DNA from: Methanothermococcus sp. Ax23
Lineage (GTDB): Archaea > AGJL01 > Methanococci > Methanococcales > Methanococcaceae
Assembly (NCBI RefSeq): GCF_049075655.1
Contig: NZ_CP157522.1
Span: 1,184,001 to 1,248,000, forward strand
Direction of reading: 5' to 3'
Length of the DNA stretch: 64,000 nucleotides
The notes under the pieces were generated by a model. That model saw only the letters and a program-made list of their open reading frames with translations. It made no database searches and was not told the origin of the DNA. Below are positions 11,699-22,571 of this stretch, one piece after another (positions within the stretch are counted from its first letter, which is position 1; each line of letters starts with the position of its first letter). The position numbers and the translations under genes were made by a program.

Positions 11699-14600
11699 AT
11701 GGTGCATTTATCCGAGATTCATTTAAAAAATTTCAAATCATTTAAAAACGCCAAATTAAAAATACCTTCTGGATTTACGGCAATATTGGGTCCCAACGGC
11801 TCAGGGAAGTCAAATATAATCGACGGAATATGTTTTGTTCTTGGAAAAACATCTGCAAAATCACTGAGGGCAGGAAAATTCAATGAGTTAATTACCTATC
11901 ACAAAAACAAAAGAGCAGATTATGCAGAAGTGATTTTATTTTTTGATAATAAGGATAGAAAGATTCCAATAGATTCTGACAAGGTTGGAATATCGAGAAA
12001 GGTAAAATTAAAGGGAGATAACAATTACTATTTAATATGGTATGAGAAGAAAGAAGGGAAGGAAGGTAAAGAAGAGAAAGAAGGAAAAGACAACAAACCA
12101 ATAGAAAAACGAAAAAAAATGAAAAAATCCCAAATAATAGACATATTCAACAGAATTTCACTAAGTGGGGATGGATTAAATATTATTCTTCAAGGAGACC
12201 TTATAAGATTAATTGAAATGTCCCCAAGGGAAAGAAGAAAGGTAATTGATGAAATAAGCGGGATTTCGGAATATGATGAAAAAAAGGAAAAATCACAAAA
12301 AGAATTGGAAAAAGCGAGGGAATATATTGAAAAAATAGACATAAGAATAAACGAAGTAAGGGCAAACCTTGAAAAACTTAAAAAAGAAAAGGATGATGCG
12401 GAGAAGTATCTAAAACTAAGCGAGGAGTTGAAAACTACAAAATACATACTTACTTCAAAAAAGGTAGAGCTCCTAAAAGTTGTGCTGGAAGATACTGAAA
12501 AAAATATAAATGCCCTAAAAGAATTAAAGGAAAAATTTCAGGGCGATATGCATAATATAGATGGTGAAATACTTAATTTAAAAAATAAGCTTGAAAATAT
12601 TATAAATGAATTAAAGGAAAAGGGAAACGAGGAAGTAATGGAGCTCCACAAGTCCATAAAGGAACTTGAATTAAATATTGAAAATGATAAGAAACAGCTT
12701 AACAATAGTTTGGATGATTTAAAGAATTCAAAAACTCAGTTAGAAATTAAAGAAAAGGAATTAAATGAAACTCGGGAAAAGATAGACAATATAAGAAAAG
12801 AAACGATGGAAAAGGAAAAGGAAATAAAAACCATCAAAGAAACCATAAAAAATTTAGAGGATGAAAGGAGCTCCTTAAAATCATCTGTGGAGAAAAGTGA
12901 AACTCACATAAACATACTCAAACAGCAAGAAAGAAAGCTTTCCGAGAGATTAAATGAATACCAAAAGGAACTGCACAAGTTAAGAACTGAATTAAACGAT
13001 GTAGATGGGAAAATAAATAAAAAATCCTTTGATTTAAAACGAAACAATGAAACTATTGAAAAACTGAAAGAAGAGCTTAATTTAATAAATAAAAATACCG
13101 ATGATACAAAAACTCTTTATAAGGAACTTGAAGATATTGTTGTGGAATTGGAATTTTCAAAGAAGATGTTGCAAAAATATGAGGATGAGAAGAAGGAGCT
13201 CCAAAGTAAAAGAGATAACTTATACTCAGAATACGCCAAGGAAAATGCAAAAATTAAGGCATTAAAGGAGATGGAAAATTTCAATGTAAATAGCACAATA
13301 AAAAGCATATTGGACGCTAAACTTCCCGGCGTTGTGGATATTGTTGGAAATCTCGGAAAAACAAAAAATGAGTATAAAACAGCAATTGAAATTGCAGGGG
13401 GAGGAAGGTTAAACCATATCGTAGTTAAGAGGATGGATGACGGAGCTCGGGCGATAGAGTATTTAAAAAGAAACAAACTTGGAAGGGCTACATTTTTACC
13501 TATGGACAGAATAAGGGGAAATGAACCACGCCACATAAATGAGGATGGAGTAATTGGAAGAGCCGTTGATTTGGTGGAATTTAAGGAGGAATATAGAAAC
13601 ATATTCAATTATGTGTTTGGAAACACCATTATTGTAAAGGATTTGGAAACTGCGAAGAATCTTTCAAAAAAGTATAAAGTTAGGTTCGTATCTCTTGAAG
13701 GGGATGTTGTGGAGGCTTCTGGTGCTATGGTTGGGGGAAGTATCAGGCGGTCTTCAAATATAAAGGTTGAAATAGACACTTCAAAGCTTGAAAAACTTGC
13801 AAATGAGTTAAAGGAAATAGAAAATAAACTAAACGGTGCTGATGGAATAAATAACAAGATTGACGAGATTAGCAGAAAGATAAACATATATTCCGCTAGG
13901 AAGATGGAATTAGAAAATAAATTGAGACTTATAAAAGAAAATGAAAATAGAAAAATGGATATTATTAAAAATAATAATACAAAAATAAAAGAAATTGAGC
14001 TGATAAATAAAAAACTTGGGGATGAACTGGAAGAACTGGAAGATTTAAAAGAAGAATTAGAGCATAAAATAAAAAATCTTGAAAATAAAATCGATGAGAC
14101 AATATCCACGAGGGAAAGGGTATTGAAGGAACTGAAATCATACGAAGACTCCACACTTATAAAAAGAATTAGGGATGTGGAGGGTGAAATAGAAACACTT
14201 AGTAAAAAGAAGGATGAACTGGAAAATGATACAAAACGAAATGCAGTTCTTATAAAAGAAGTTCTCATTCCTAAGATGGCAGAAACTACTGAGAAAATAA
14301 AAGAATTAAATGAAAAAATAGCCATGCTTCAAAAAAATATAGAGTTTTATAAGAACAATATTGAAAAAAATGTGCAAGTTTTGAGGGATAAGAAGGAGAG
14401 ATATGTAGAGCTCACCAAAGATTTGGAAGAGCTCACTGAGAAAAAGGCAATGTATGAAAAGCAAATAGAGGAACTAAACAATAACAAAAAAGAACTTATT
14501 GAAAAGATTGGCGGTATTAATAAAGAAATAAACACACTATTGATTGATAAGGCAAAATACGAAACTCGATTGGAAGATGAAGAGAAAAAACTTTATTTAT

Positions 14601-15289
14601 GTGAAAAAATCGAAGATGTGTCTGATGAATTATTTAATAAAATAAGTGCTATGGAAATAAATGAGCTGGAAAAGTATGTCATAAAACTTGAAAATAGTAT
14701 AAAAAGACTTGAACCAATAAACATGAGGGCTATTGAGGATTACGAGTATATAGAAGAAAGATATAAAGAGTTATTTGATAAAAGGAAAGAATATGAAGAA
14801 GATGAGAAAAAATATCTTCAATTAATCGAAGAAGTTGAGAAGAGGAAGAAAGAGGTATTTATGGAAGTATATGAAAAGATTGCCAAAAATTACGAGGAGA
14901 TATATAAGGACATTGGAGGAACTGGAAAATTGAGTTTAGAAAATCCTGAAAATCCATTTGAAGGAGGACTTTTAATCGATGCCTCACCGAGAAACAAAAG
15001 CCTTCAAAGTTTAGATGTGATGAGTGGTGGGGAAAAATCCTTAACTGCACTGGCATTCCTCTTTGCTATTCAGAGATTAACTCCTGCACCGTTCTATGTG
15101 CTTGATGAGGTTGATGCGGCACTTGATACAAAAAATGCGACGCTAATAGGTGATATGATTAAAAATGCGTCAAAGGAATCTCAATTTGTAGTAATATCTC
15201 ATAGAGAACAGATGATAAGTAAGGCGGATACACTTTATGGAGTTTATATGGAAGATGGATTAAGTAAGATTGTAGGTGTTAAGTTATAA
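11699..15289 (+). CDS. smc: Chromosome segregation protein SMC
   Basis: Walker A GPNGSGKS, long coiled coils, hinge GRATFLP, signature MSGGE, Walker B LDEVDAALD; ATG at 11699 follows a GGTGA RBS. Confidence 0.98.
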   Translation: MVHLSEIHLKNFKSFKNAKLKIPSGFTAILGPNGSGKSNIIDGICFVLGKTSAKSLRAGKFNELITYHKNKRADYAEVILFFDNKDRKIPIDSDKVGISRKVKLKGDNNYYLIWYEKKEGKEGKEEKEGKDNKPIEKRKKMKKSQIIDIFNRISLSGDGLNIILQGDLIRLIEMSPRERRKVIDEISGISEYDEKKEKSQKELEKAREYIEKIDIRINEVRANLEKLKKEKDDAEKYLKLSEELKTTKYILTSKKVELLKVVLEDTEKNINALKELKEKFQGDMHNIDGEILNLKNKLENIINELKEKGNEEVMELHKSIKELELNIENDKKQLNNSLDDLKNSKTQLEIKEKELNETREKIDNIRKETMEKEKEIKTIKETIKNLEDERSSLKSSVEKSETHINILKQQERKLSERLNEYQKELHKLRTELNDVDGKINKKSFDLKRNNETIEKLKEELNLINKNTDDTKTLYKELEDIVVELEFSKKMLQKYEDEKKELQSKRDNLYSEYAKENAKIKALKEMENFNVNSTIKSILDAKLPGVVDIVGNLGKTKNEYKTAIEIAGGGRLNHIVVKRMDDGARAIEYLKRNKLGRATFLPMDRIRGNEPRHINEDGVIGRAVDLVEFKEEYRNIFNYVFGNTIIVKDLETAKNLSKKYKVRFVSLEGDVVEASGAMVGGSIRRSSNIKVEIDTSKLEKLANELKEIENKLNGADGINNKIDEISRKINIYSARKMELENKLRLIKENENRKMDIIKNNNTKIKEIELINKKLGDELEELEDLKEELEHKIKNLENKIDETISTRERVLKELKSYEDSTLIKRIRDVEGEIETLSKKKDELENDTKRNAVLIKEVLIPKMAETTEKIKELNEKIAMLQKNIEFYKNNIEKNVQVLRDKKERYVELTKDLEELTEKKAMYEKQIEELNNNKKELIEKIGGINKEINTLLIDKAKYETRLEDEEKKLYLCEKIEDVSDELFNKISAMEINELEKYVIKLENSIKRLEPINMRAIEDYEYIEERYKELFDKRKEYEEDEKKYLQLIEEVEKRKKEVFMEVYEKIAKNYEEIYKDIGGTGKLSLENPENPFEGGLLIDASPRNKSLQSLDVMSGGEKSLTALAFLFAIQRLTPAPFYVLDEVDAALDTKNATLIGDMIKNASKESQFVVISHREQMISKADTLYGVYMEDGLSKIVGVKL

Positions 15290-15346
15290 GCAAAGATGCA
15301 ATTTAAATAAAAATTCTATTTTTAAAAATAGGTTGGTGGTGATAAT

Positions 15347-17449
15347 ATGAAAAAAGAGCAAATAACAAAAAATATTACAGTTCCAAATAAAAATATGGAA
15401 ATCCTTAAAAAATATTTTTCTCATTGTTTTGATAAAAATGGAAATTTTGATTTTGAAAAATTCAAAAAAGAACTTTCTAAAAATGAAATGGACTTTTCCA
15501 AAGAATCTTATGGTATGGATTGGTTGGGAAAATCTTATGCTCGACTTTTAGCAAGTGATGAAGCAAGGACTCTTTTAAAAGAAAATGAAGAATGGAATAA
15601 AAAAGAGGAACATAAAAATTCTGAAAATCTTCTTATTAAAGGGGATAATTTAGAAGTTTTAAAGCACTTATCAAATGCTTATTATGAAAAGATAAAGATG
15701 ATTTATATTGACCCGCCATATAATACTGGAAATGATGGTTTTGTTTATCAGGATGATAGAAAATTTACAGTTGAAGAATTTTCAAAGTTGGCAGGAGTTG
15801 ATGAGGAAAAGGCAAAAAGAATTTTGGATTTTGTAGATAGCAAAAGTAATTCCCATAGTGCATGGCTTACCTTTATGTATCCAAGATTATACATTGCAAG
15901 GCAACTTTTAAGAGATGATGGAGTTATTTTTGTAAGTATTGATGATAATGAGGTTGCACAATTAAGAATTTTAATGGATGAAATTTTTGGGGAAGAGAAT
16001 TTTGTTGGAATTATTACAAGAGTCACTAAAAAAGGAGGAAATAAAGGTGATTTCTTAAAACCAAAAAAAGACTTCATCATTACTTTTTTCAAAGATTTAA
16101 GTAAGGTTTCTAAAGAAAATTTTGGAAAGCAAATACTAATTGATAAAGACAAAATAGATTGGAAAGAGGAAATTTTTAACGGTAAAAAAAGAAGATTTAT
16201 AATTGGTGATATACCTTATAGAGAAAAACTAGAGGTAAGAAAAAATCAAAGGTATTATATAGAAGCCCCAGATGGAACACTTTTAATTCCCAAAGGAAAT
16301 GTTTTTCCAAAAGAAAAAAAAGATGGAGCAACGGTTGAACCGCAATCTGAAGAAGATAAATGCTGGACTTGGTCGGTAGATAGATATCTTGAAGAAAAGA
16401 AAAAAGGTAGATTCTATTTTTTAAAAAGTGATAAATCACCTTTTTTAGATGAAAATGGAAAACAAGCAAAATGGACTGTATATAAAAAAATATTTGAAGA
16501 TGAACTAACGACAAAAACAGAAGTTTTAACAGATTTACTCGTAGATAACAAATTTGAAAACTCAAAAGGAACTAAGGAGTTAGACCTTTTAAAAATTCCG
16601 TTTAGCAATCCTAAGCCAACAAATTTAATTAAATACTTGATAGATATATCTTGTAATAAAAACGACTTAATCCTCGACTTCTTCGCAGGTTCAGGAACAA
16701 CAGGAGATGCTGTAATGCAACTTAACGCCGAAGATGGAGGAAACAGAAAATATATTTTAGTTCAACTTGATGAACCTATTGACCCAAAGAAAAATAAAAC
16801 CGCTTACGATTTTGTGAAAAATGAATTAAAAGTTGAAAATCCTACAATTTTTGAAATTACAAAAGAAAGATTAATTAGAGCAGGAAAGAAAATAAAAGAA
16901 GAAATAAATAAATCCATTGAAGAAAAAGAAAACGAGATAAAAAAACTTAAAAGTCAATTAACAGACAATAGCGAAAAAATAGAAAAACTTAAACAAGAAA
17001 TTGAAAACTTAAAAAATCAAGATTTAGGTTTTAAAATATTTGAAACAATTCCAATTTGGGAAGATTATAATTTTGAAGCAGAAAAATTTGACCCACAATT
17101 AAAACTTTTTGACGAAAGCAAACTAACCGAAGAAGATTTAAAAACACTTCTTACAACATGGAAAACTTATGACGGCATACCTTTAACAAAAAACCTAAAT
17201 GAAATAGATTTAGACGGATACAAAGGATATTATTATGAAAATAAACTTTATTTAATACATAAAGGATTTACTACAAAAAACCTAAAAAAATTATTAACTG
17301 AAATTGATGAGAATGAAAATTTCAACCCTACAACAATCATATCTTTTGGATATAATTTTGAAAGTAAATCTTTAAGAGAAATCGCAGAAAATGTAAAAAA
17401 TTACGCTAACAAGAAACAAATAAATATTGATTTTATAATTAGATACTAA
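15347..17449 (+). CDS. mod: Type III restriction-modification methyltransferase (Mod), EcoP15I-like
   Basis: IKGDNLEVLK, catalytic DPPY, SAM-binding DFFAGSGTT in beta-class order with an intervening TRD; adjacent to Res. Confidence 0.95.
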   Translation: MKKEQITKNITVPNKNMEILKKYFSHCFDKNGNFDFEKFKKELSKNEMDFSKESYGMDWLGKSYARLLASDEARTLLKENEEWNKKEEHKNSENLLIKGDNLEVLKHLSNAYYEKIKMIYIDPPYNTGNDGFVYQDDRKFTVEEFSKLAGVDEEKAKRILDFVDSKSNSHSAWLTFMYPRLYIARQLLRDDGVIFVSIDDNEVAQLRILMDEIFGEENFVGIITRVTKKGGNKGDFLKPKKDFIITFFKDLSKVSKENFGKQILIDKDKIDWKEEIFNGKKRRFIIGDIPYREKLEVRKNQRYYIEAPDGTLLIPKGNVFPKEKKDGATVEPQSEEDKCWTWSVDRYLEEKKKGRFYFLKSDKSPFLDENGKQAKWTVYKKIFEDELTTKTEVLTDLLVDNKFENSKGTKELDLLKIPFSNPKPTNLIKYLIDISCNKNDLILDFFAGSGTTGDAVMQLNAEDGGNRKYILVQLDEPIDPKKNKTAYDFVKNELKVENPTIFEITKERLIRAGKKIKEEINKSIEEKENEIKKLKSQLTDNSEKIEKLKQEIENLKNQDLGFKIFETIPIWEDYNFEAEKFDPQLKLFDESKLTEEDLKTLLTTWKTYDGIPLTKNLNEIDLDGYKGYYYENKLYLIHKGFTTKNLKKLLTEIDENENFNPTTIISFGYNFESKSLREIAENVKNYANKKQINIDFIIRY

Positions 17450-17481
17450 CATTTAGATAGATTTACAGGGAGCGGATTAAA

Positions 17482-20361
17482 ATGACAGTATTTAATTTTG
17501 AAAAAAATTTAGAGCATCAAACTAAGGCAGTAAAATCAGTTGTTAGCGTTTTTGATGGAGTAGAAATAATAAAACCAACGGGAATAAAAAAGGACTATGT
17601 TAATCCAATATTTAATAAAGATACCAATTTTAGATATGTTCAAAACATTGGAAACATTCAAGAACAAAACAATATTGAAAGAAGCGTAAAAGGAAAAAGC
17701 AACATCATAGATGTTATGATGGAAACAGGGACAGGAAAAACCTATACATATACAAAAACCATTTTTGAATTAAATAAACTTTATGGAATTTTTAAATTTG
17801 TTATTGTAGTACCAACAATACCTATTAAAGCAGGAACGATTAATTTCTTAAAATCAGAAAGTGCAAGGGAACATTTTAAAGAACAATACGGAAAAACAAT
17901 AGAACTCCATATTGTAGAAAGTAAAAAAAACAGTAAAAATAAAAAATCTTATATGCCACAGGCAGTAAGTAGTTTTGTAAATGCTGGAAGTTTTGAAAAA
18001 AATAAAATCCATGTTTTAATTATAAATAGGGGCATGATTAATTCCAAAACAATGCAACAAAAATTTGATAGGACTTTATTAGATGAATATACAACACCAT
18101 TTGAGGCAATATCATCTACTAAACCATTTATGATTATTGACGAACCACATAAATTTGACAAAGATAAAAAGACATGGCAAAATATCCAAAAAATGAAGCC
18201 CCAATTTATCATCAGATACGGAGCTACCTTTAAAGAATATGAAAACCTTGTTTATACCCTAACGGCGGTTGATGCATTTAATAGAAATTTAGTAAAAGGT
18301 GTTGAGGGACACATTATTGATTTCGAAGAAGGAAAAAATGTTTTGGTTAAGTTTGTTAATTCTGACGGAAAAGAAGCAACATTTGAACTTATTGAAAACG
18401 GTAAAAAAAAGAAGTTTAAACTAATTAAGGGGGAAAGTTTAGAAAAAATACATAATAACATGAAAGATTTGTTTATTGAAAAAATCAATAAAACAACTGT
18501 TGTTTTATCTAATGGTTTAGAGTTAGTAAAGGGTCAAAAAAGCAGTGAGATAAATCCATATTCTTATAGTGAAACATTAATGGAGTTAATGATTAAAAAG
18601 GCAATACAAAAACATTTTGAATTAGAGAAACAATATTTAACAAGAGAAGTAAAAATAAAACCACTAACATTATTTTTTATAGACAATATTAAAGAATACA
18701 GAAATGAAAATGGATATATTAGAAAAACAGTTGAAAAATACATAGAAGCAGAAGTTAAAAAGTTATTAAAAACTGAAAAAGATGAATTCTACAAAGCATA
18801 TTTAAAAAAGACATTAGATGATATTTCAAAAACTCATGGAGGATATTTTGCCGAAGATAAAAAAGAGACTGATGAGGTGATAGAAAAAGAGATTAATGAA
18901 ATTTTACACGATAAACAGGCAATTCTTGATTTAGAAAATCCAAGAAGATTCATTTTTTCAAAATGGACTTTAAGAGAGGGCTGGGACAATCCAAACATTT
19001 TCCAAATCTGTAAATTAAGAAGTAGCGGTTCTGAAATTTCAAAATTGCAAGAAGTGGGAAGGGGTTTAAGATTACCTGTAAATCAATACGGAAATAGAGT
19101 AAAAGACGAACAGTTTTATTTAAATTATTTTGTCGATTTTACAGAAAGCGATTTTGTAGATAAATTAGTAAATGAAATAAATGAAAAATCTGGAACTCTA
19201 TCAATAAAAAATATTCCTAAAAAACTAAATGATGAAATGATTAAAAAAATTTGTGAGATTTACAAATTGGATGAAGAAGAATTATTAGAAGAATTGGACA
19301 ATAAAAATGTCATTAAAAGAAATAATGAATTTAAAGAAGGTGGATTTGAATATATAAAAGCAAATTATCCACTTATCTTTAAAGGAATTGATTCAAATAA
19401 AATAAGAAATGCAAAAGATAAAAAGAAAAAGGTTAAAATAAGAACAGAAAAATATAGCGAATTAAAAGAACTCTGGGAAAAACTTAATGAAAAAGTCATC
19501 TTAGAATATAAAATTGAAAATGAAGACAAATTTAAAGAACTTTTCAAAAACTTTTTAGAAAACAATACTTCTTTTTCAATTAAAGGAATAAATGAGAAAA
19601 TAGCGAAAATATCTATTGAAAATAATCAAGCTACCACCATGGAAGAAACTACCATTTCTGAAAATGAAGTAATACCTATTCCAACAATGAGATACGACGA
19701 GTTTTTAAAACAACTATCGGAGCTCCTACATACAAACCTAAAAACATTACATCAATGTTTCGTAGAAACAAAAATAAATATAAATAAATATTTAAATCAA
19801 TCTACAATTAGAATCATTAAACAAAAATTTGATAATTACTTAATGTATAATGCAATTGATAAATTTGGCATTGAATATCAAAAAATAACAAATACAATTC
19901 ATCCAACAAAATTTACTGATAAAAATGGAAATGTAATAAATGAAATTGATGCTTCCCTAATTGGAACTTTGTATTCTAACGAGAAAGTAGCAGAAAATTA
20001 TTTTTTTAATGAATTGTTTTATGATTCAGAATTAGAAAAAGAAAATATAACAGAGAGAATAAAAGAAGTAATTGTTTTTACAAAAATACCTAAAAATTCA
20101 ATTAAAATTCCAATTGCAGGAGGTAAAAGTTATTCTCCTGATTTTGCCTATGTTTTAAATTTTGAAGACGGGCAGAAAAAACTATATTTTATTGTAGAAA
20201 CAAAAAATGTAGATGATGAAGATAAATTGAGACCTGAGGAAGCACAAAAAATAAAATATGCCGAGAAATTTTTTAATAATAATATAAAAATAAAGTTTAA
20301 AACACAATTTAGCAGTAAAAAAATAGCAGACCTAATCCAAGAAATATATACAGAACCATAG
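17482..20361 (+). CDS. res: Type III restriction endonuclease (Res)
   Basis: METGTGKT, IIDEPH, LREGWDNPN, QEVGRGLRL, C-terminal PD-(D/E)xK nuclease SPDF...IVETK. Confidence 0.95.
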   Translation: MTVFNFEKNLEHQTKAVKSVVSVFDGVEIIKPTGIKKDYVNPIFNKDTNFRYVQNIGNIQEQNNIERSVKGKSNIIDVMMETGTGKTYTYTKTIFELNKLYGIFKFVIVVPTIPIKAGTINFLKSESAREHFKEQYGKTIELHIVESKKNSKNKKSYMPQAVSSFVNAGSFEKNKIHVLIINRGMINSKTMQQKFDRTLLDEYTTPFEAISSTKPFMIIDEPHKFDKDKKTWQNIQKMKPQFIIRYGATFKEYENLVYTLTAVDAFNRNLVKGVEGHIIDFEEGKNVLVKFVNSDGKEATFELIENGKKKKFKLIKGESLEKIHNNMKDLFIEKINKTTVVLSNGLELVKGQKSSEINPYSYSETLMELMIKKAIQKHFELEKQYLTREVKIKPLTLFFIDNIKEYRNENGYIRKTVEKYIEAEVKKLLKTEKDEFYKAYLKKTLDDISKTHGGYFAEDKKETDEVIEKEINEILHDKQAILDLENPRRFIFSKWTLREGWDNPNIFQICKLRSSGSEISKLQEVGRGLRLPVNQYGNRVKDEQFYLNYFVDFTESDFVDKLVNEINEKSGTLSIKNIPKKLNDEMIKKICEIYKLDEEELLEELDNKNVIKRNNEFKEGGFEYIKANYPLIFKGIDSNKIRNAKDKKKKVKIRTEKYSELKELWEKLNEKVILEYKIENEDKFKELFKNFLENNTSFSIKGINEKIAKISIENNQATTMEETTISENEVIPIPTMRYDEFLKQLSELLHTNLKTLHQCFVETKININKYLNQSTIRIIKQKFDNYLMYNAIDKFGIEYQKITNTIHPTKFTDKNGNVINEIDASLIGTLYSNEKVAENYFFNELFYDSELEKENITERIKEVIVFTKIPKNSIKIPIAGGKSYSPDFAYVLNFEDGQKKLYFIVETKNVDDEDKLRPEEAQKIKYAEKFFNNNIKIKFKTQFSSKKIADLIQEIYTEP

Positions 20362-20516
20362 TTTCCACCATGCTTAATATTTATTATTTCTCTCTAAGGA
20401 GCTCATAGCAACATCATAATTATAAAAATTAATGCTATCTTAATCATAAGTGAAAAGAAAAATAATATATAATAATAATAAAAAAAGGAAATGGTATAAA
20501 AATTAACGGTGAAAAC

Positions 20517-21866
20517 ATGGCAGTACATCCAATTGATTTTAGATATGGTTCAAAGGAAATGAAAGAAGTTTGGGAAGAAGAAACAAAACTTCAAAAAATG
20601 CTTGAAGTTGAGGCAGCTATCGCAAGAGCTCAGGGTGAGCTCGGCATAATTCCAAAGGAAGCAGCAGAAGAAATAAATAGAAAGGCATCAACAAAATATG
20701 TAAAACTGGAAAGAGCAAAGGAAATTGAAAGAGAAACAAGACACGATATTGTAGCTATGGTAAAGGCATTTGCAGAAGTATGCGAAGGAAATGCAGGAGA
20801 ATACATACATTTCGGTGCAACATCCAATGATATTGTTGATACATCCCAATCACTCCAATTTAAAGATGCCATTGCCATATTATTGGATAAATTAAAAACA
20901 TTGAGGGATGAGTTAATTAAAAAGGCAGAGGAGCACAAATATACAGTATGTATTGGAAGAACACACGGACAGCATGCTATCCCCACAACATACGGCATGA
21001 AGTTTGCACTATGGGCAGCTGAAATTCAGAGGCATATCGATAGATTGGAAGCATGCAAAGAAAGATTATGCGTTTCAATGATTACAGGTGCCGTTGGAAC
21101 AATGGCGGCTCTTGGAAAGGACGGTATAAAAATCCACAAAAGAGTTGGAGAGATACTTGGATTAAATCCAGTTTTAATATCAAATCAGGTAATTCAAAGG
21201 GACAGGCATGCTGAATTTATGGCAATTCTTGCATTAATTGCCCAAACTCTTAACAAAATAGGTATCACAGTAAGAAGTATGCAGAGAACGGAAATAAAAG
21301 AACTTGAAGAAGAATTCGATGCATCAAAACAGACAGGTTCATCAACAATGCCACATAAAAGAAATCCAATTACATTTGAACAGATTTGCGGGCTTTCAAG
21401 AGTGATTAAAGCAAATGCTCTTGCTGAATTTGACAACATACCACTATGGGAAGAGAGGGATTTAACAAATTCATCTCCTGAAAGGTGTTTATTCCCTGAA
21501 TCCTGCGTTCTCTTAGACCATATTTTGAACCTTGCAATTAAAGGTATGAGAAAATTAACTGTAAATATTGAGAATGTAAATAGAAACCTTGAATTAACAA
21601 AAGGACTTATAATGGCAGAAAGGGCAATGATTACTCTTGCTAAAAAAGGTATGGGAAGGCAGACTGCTCATGAAGTTGTAAGGAAGTGTGCAATGAAGGC
21701 TCATGATGAAAACAGACATTTAAAAGAAGTTTTAAGAGAGAATGAAGATGTAATGAAGTATCTATCTGAGAATGAGCTCGACGAATTATTTGACTACAAA
21801 ACATACATTGGTCTTGCTCCTGAAATAGTTGATGAAGTAATTACCACATTGAAAAACAAGGAATAA
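20517..21866 (+). CDS. purB: Adenylosuccinate lyase
   Basis: HFGATSND, GRTHGQHA and GSSTMPHKRNP signature. Confidence 0.97.
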   Translation: MAVHPIDFRYGSKEMKEVWEEETKLQKMLEVEAAIARAQGELGIIPKEAAEEINRKASTKYVKLERAKEIERETRHDIVAMVKAFAEVCEGNAGEYIHFGATSNDIVDTSQSLQFKDAIAILLDKLKTLRDELIKKAEEHKYTVCIGRTHGQHAIPTTYGMKFALWAAEIQRHIDRLEACKERLCVSMITGAVGTMAALGKDGIKIHKRVGEILGLNPVLISNQVIQRDRHAEFMAILALIAQTLNKIGITVRSMQRTEIKELEEEFDASKQTGSSTMPHKRNPITFEQICGLSRVIKANALAEFDNIPLWEERDLTNSSPERCLFPESCVLLDHILNLAIKGMRKLTVNIENVNRNLELTKGLIMAERAMITLAKKGMGRQTAHEVVRKCAMKAHDENRHLKEVLRENEDVMKYLSENELDELFDYKTYIGLAPEIVDEVITTLKNKE

Positions 21867-21874
21867 GGAAGAAT

Positions 21875-22036
21875 ATGGGCTGGATAGATGATTATTTACA
21901 CATCCTCCAATGCCCTTTTTGTAAGGGGGATTTGGAACTAATTAAAGAAAATGGAAAGGAAGCATTAATCTGTAAAAAATGCAAAAAAACCTTTAAAATA
22001 GTGGATAATATACCCATACTGCTAAAAGAAAAGTGA
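21875..22036 (+). CDS. Trm112-family zinc-ribbon protein (53 aa, below the ORF-track cutoff)
   Basis: Hand translation MGWIDDYLHILQCPFCKGDLEL...LICKKCKKTFKIVDNIPILLKEK; fills the purB-thpR gap. Confidence 0.85.
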   Translation: MGWIDDYLHILQCPFCKGDLELIKENGKEALICKKCKKTFKIVDNIPILLKEK

Positions 22037-22040
22037 AATT

Positions 22041-22556
22041 ATGAGATGCTTTTTAGCAATTGAATTAAATGAGGATATAAAAGAAAAACTTGAAGAATTA
22101 AAATCCCACTTTAAAATAAATGGTATCAAATTGGTTGAAAAAGAAAATCTCCACATAACAGTTAAATTTTTAGGAGATATTGACGAAGAAATGGTGGAAA
22201 AAATAAAAAATTTAGATTTATCCATTAAACCAGTTAAAAGCGATGTAAAATACATGGGCGTTTTTCCAAATGAAAATTACATAAGGGTAATATGGATAGG
22301 TGCCACCAATCTAATACCCATTTTTAAAGAAATTGACAAAAAACTTTTAGAGCTCGGCTTTAAAAAAGAAAAGGATTATGTTCCGCACATAACCATTGGA
22401 AGAGTTAAATTTACCAAAGATAAAAAACTGCTAAAAAATAAAATTGATAAGTATAAACATGTAGAGCTCGGCACACTTGAAGTTAAAAATATTGTTTTAA
22501 TGAAAAGCGAATTAACAAGAGAAGGTCCAATTTACGAAGTAATTAAAAGATGGTAA
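22041..22556 (+). CDS. thpR: RNA 2',3'-cyclic phosphodiesterase (2H family)
   Basis: MRCFLAIEL N-terminus and two HxT motifs (LHITVKFLG, PHITIGR). Confidence 0.92.
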   Translation: MRCFLAIELNEDIKEKLEELKSHFKINGIKLVEKENLHITVKFLGDIDEEMVEKIKNLDLSIKPVKSDVKYMGVFPNENYIRVIWIGATNLIPIFKEIDKKLLELGFKKEKDYVPHITIGRVKFTKDKKLLKNKIDKYKHVELGTLEVKNIVLMKSELTREGPIYEVIKRW

Positions 22557-22571
22557 TATGGAAAATACATT

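Noticed and set aside
12045-12095. KEGKEGKEEKEGK low-complexity repeat in SMC
   Set aside because: Short purine-rich in-frame loop expansion with no sign of a separate element.
16180-16325. Poly-A tracts (7-8 nt) in mod as phase-variation sites
   Set aside because: Runs of this length are common throughout this AT-rich window; no simple-sequence repeat array and the frame is intact.
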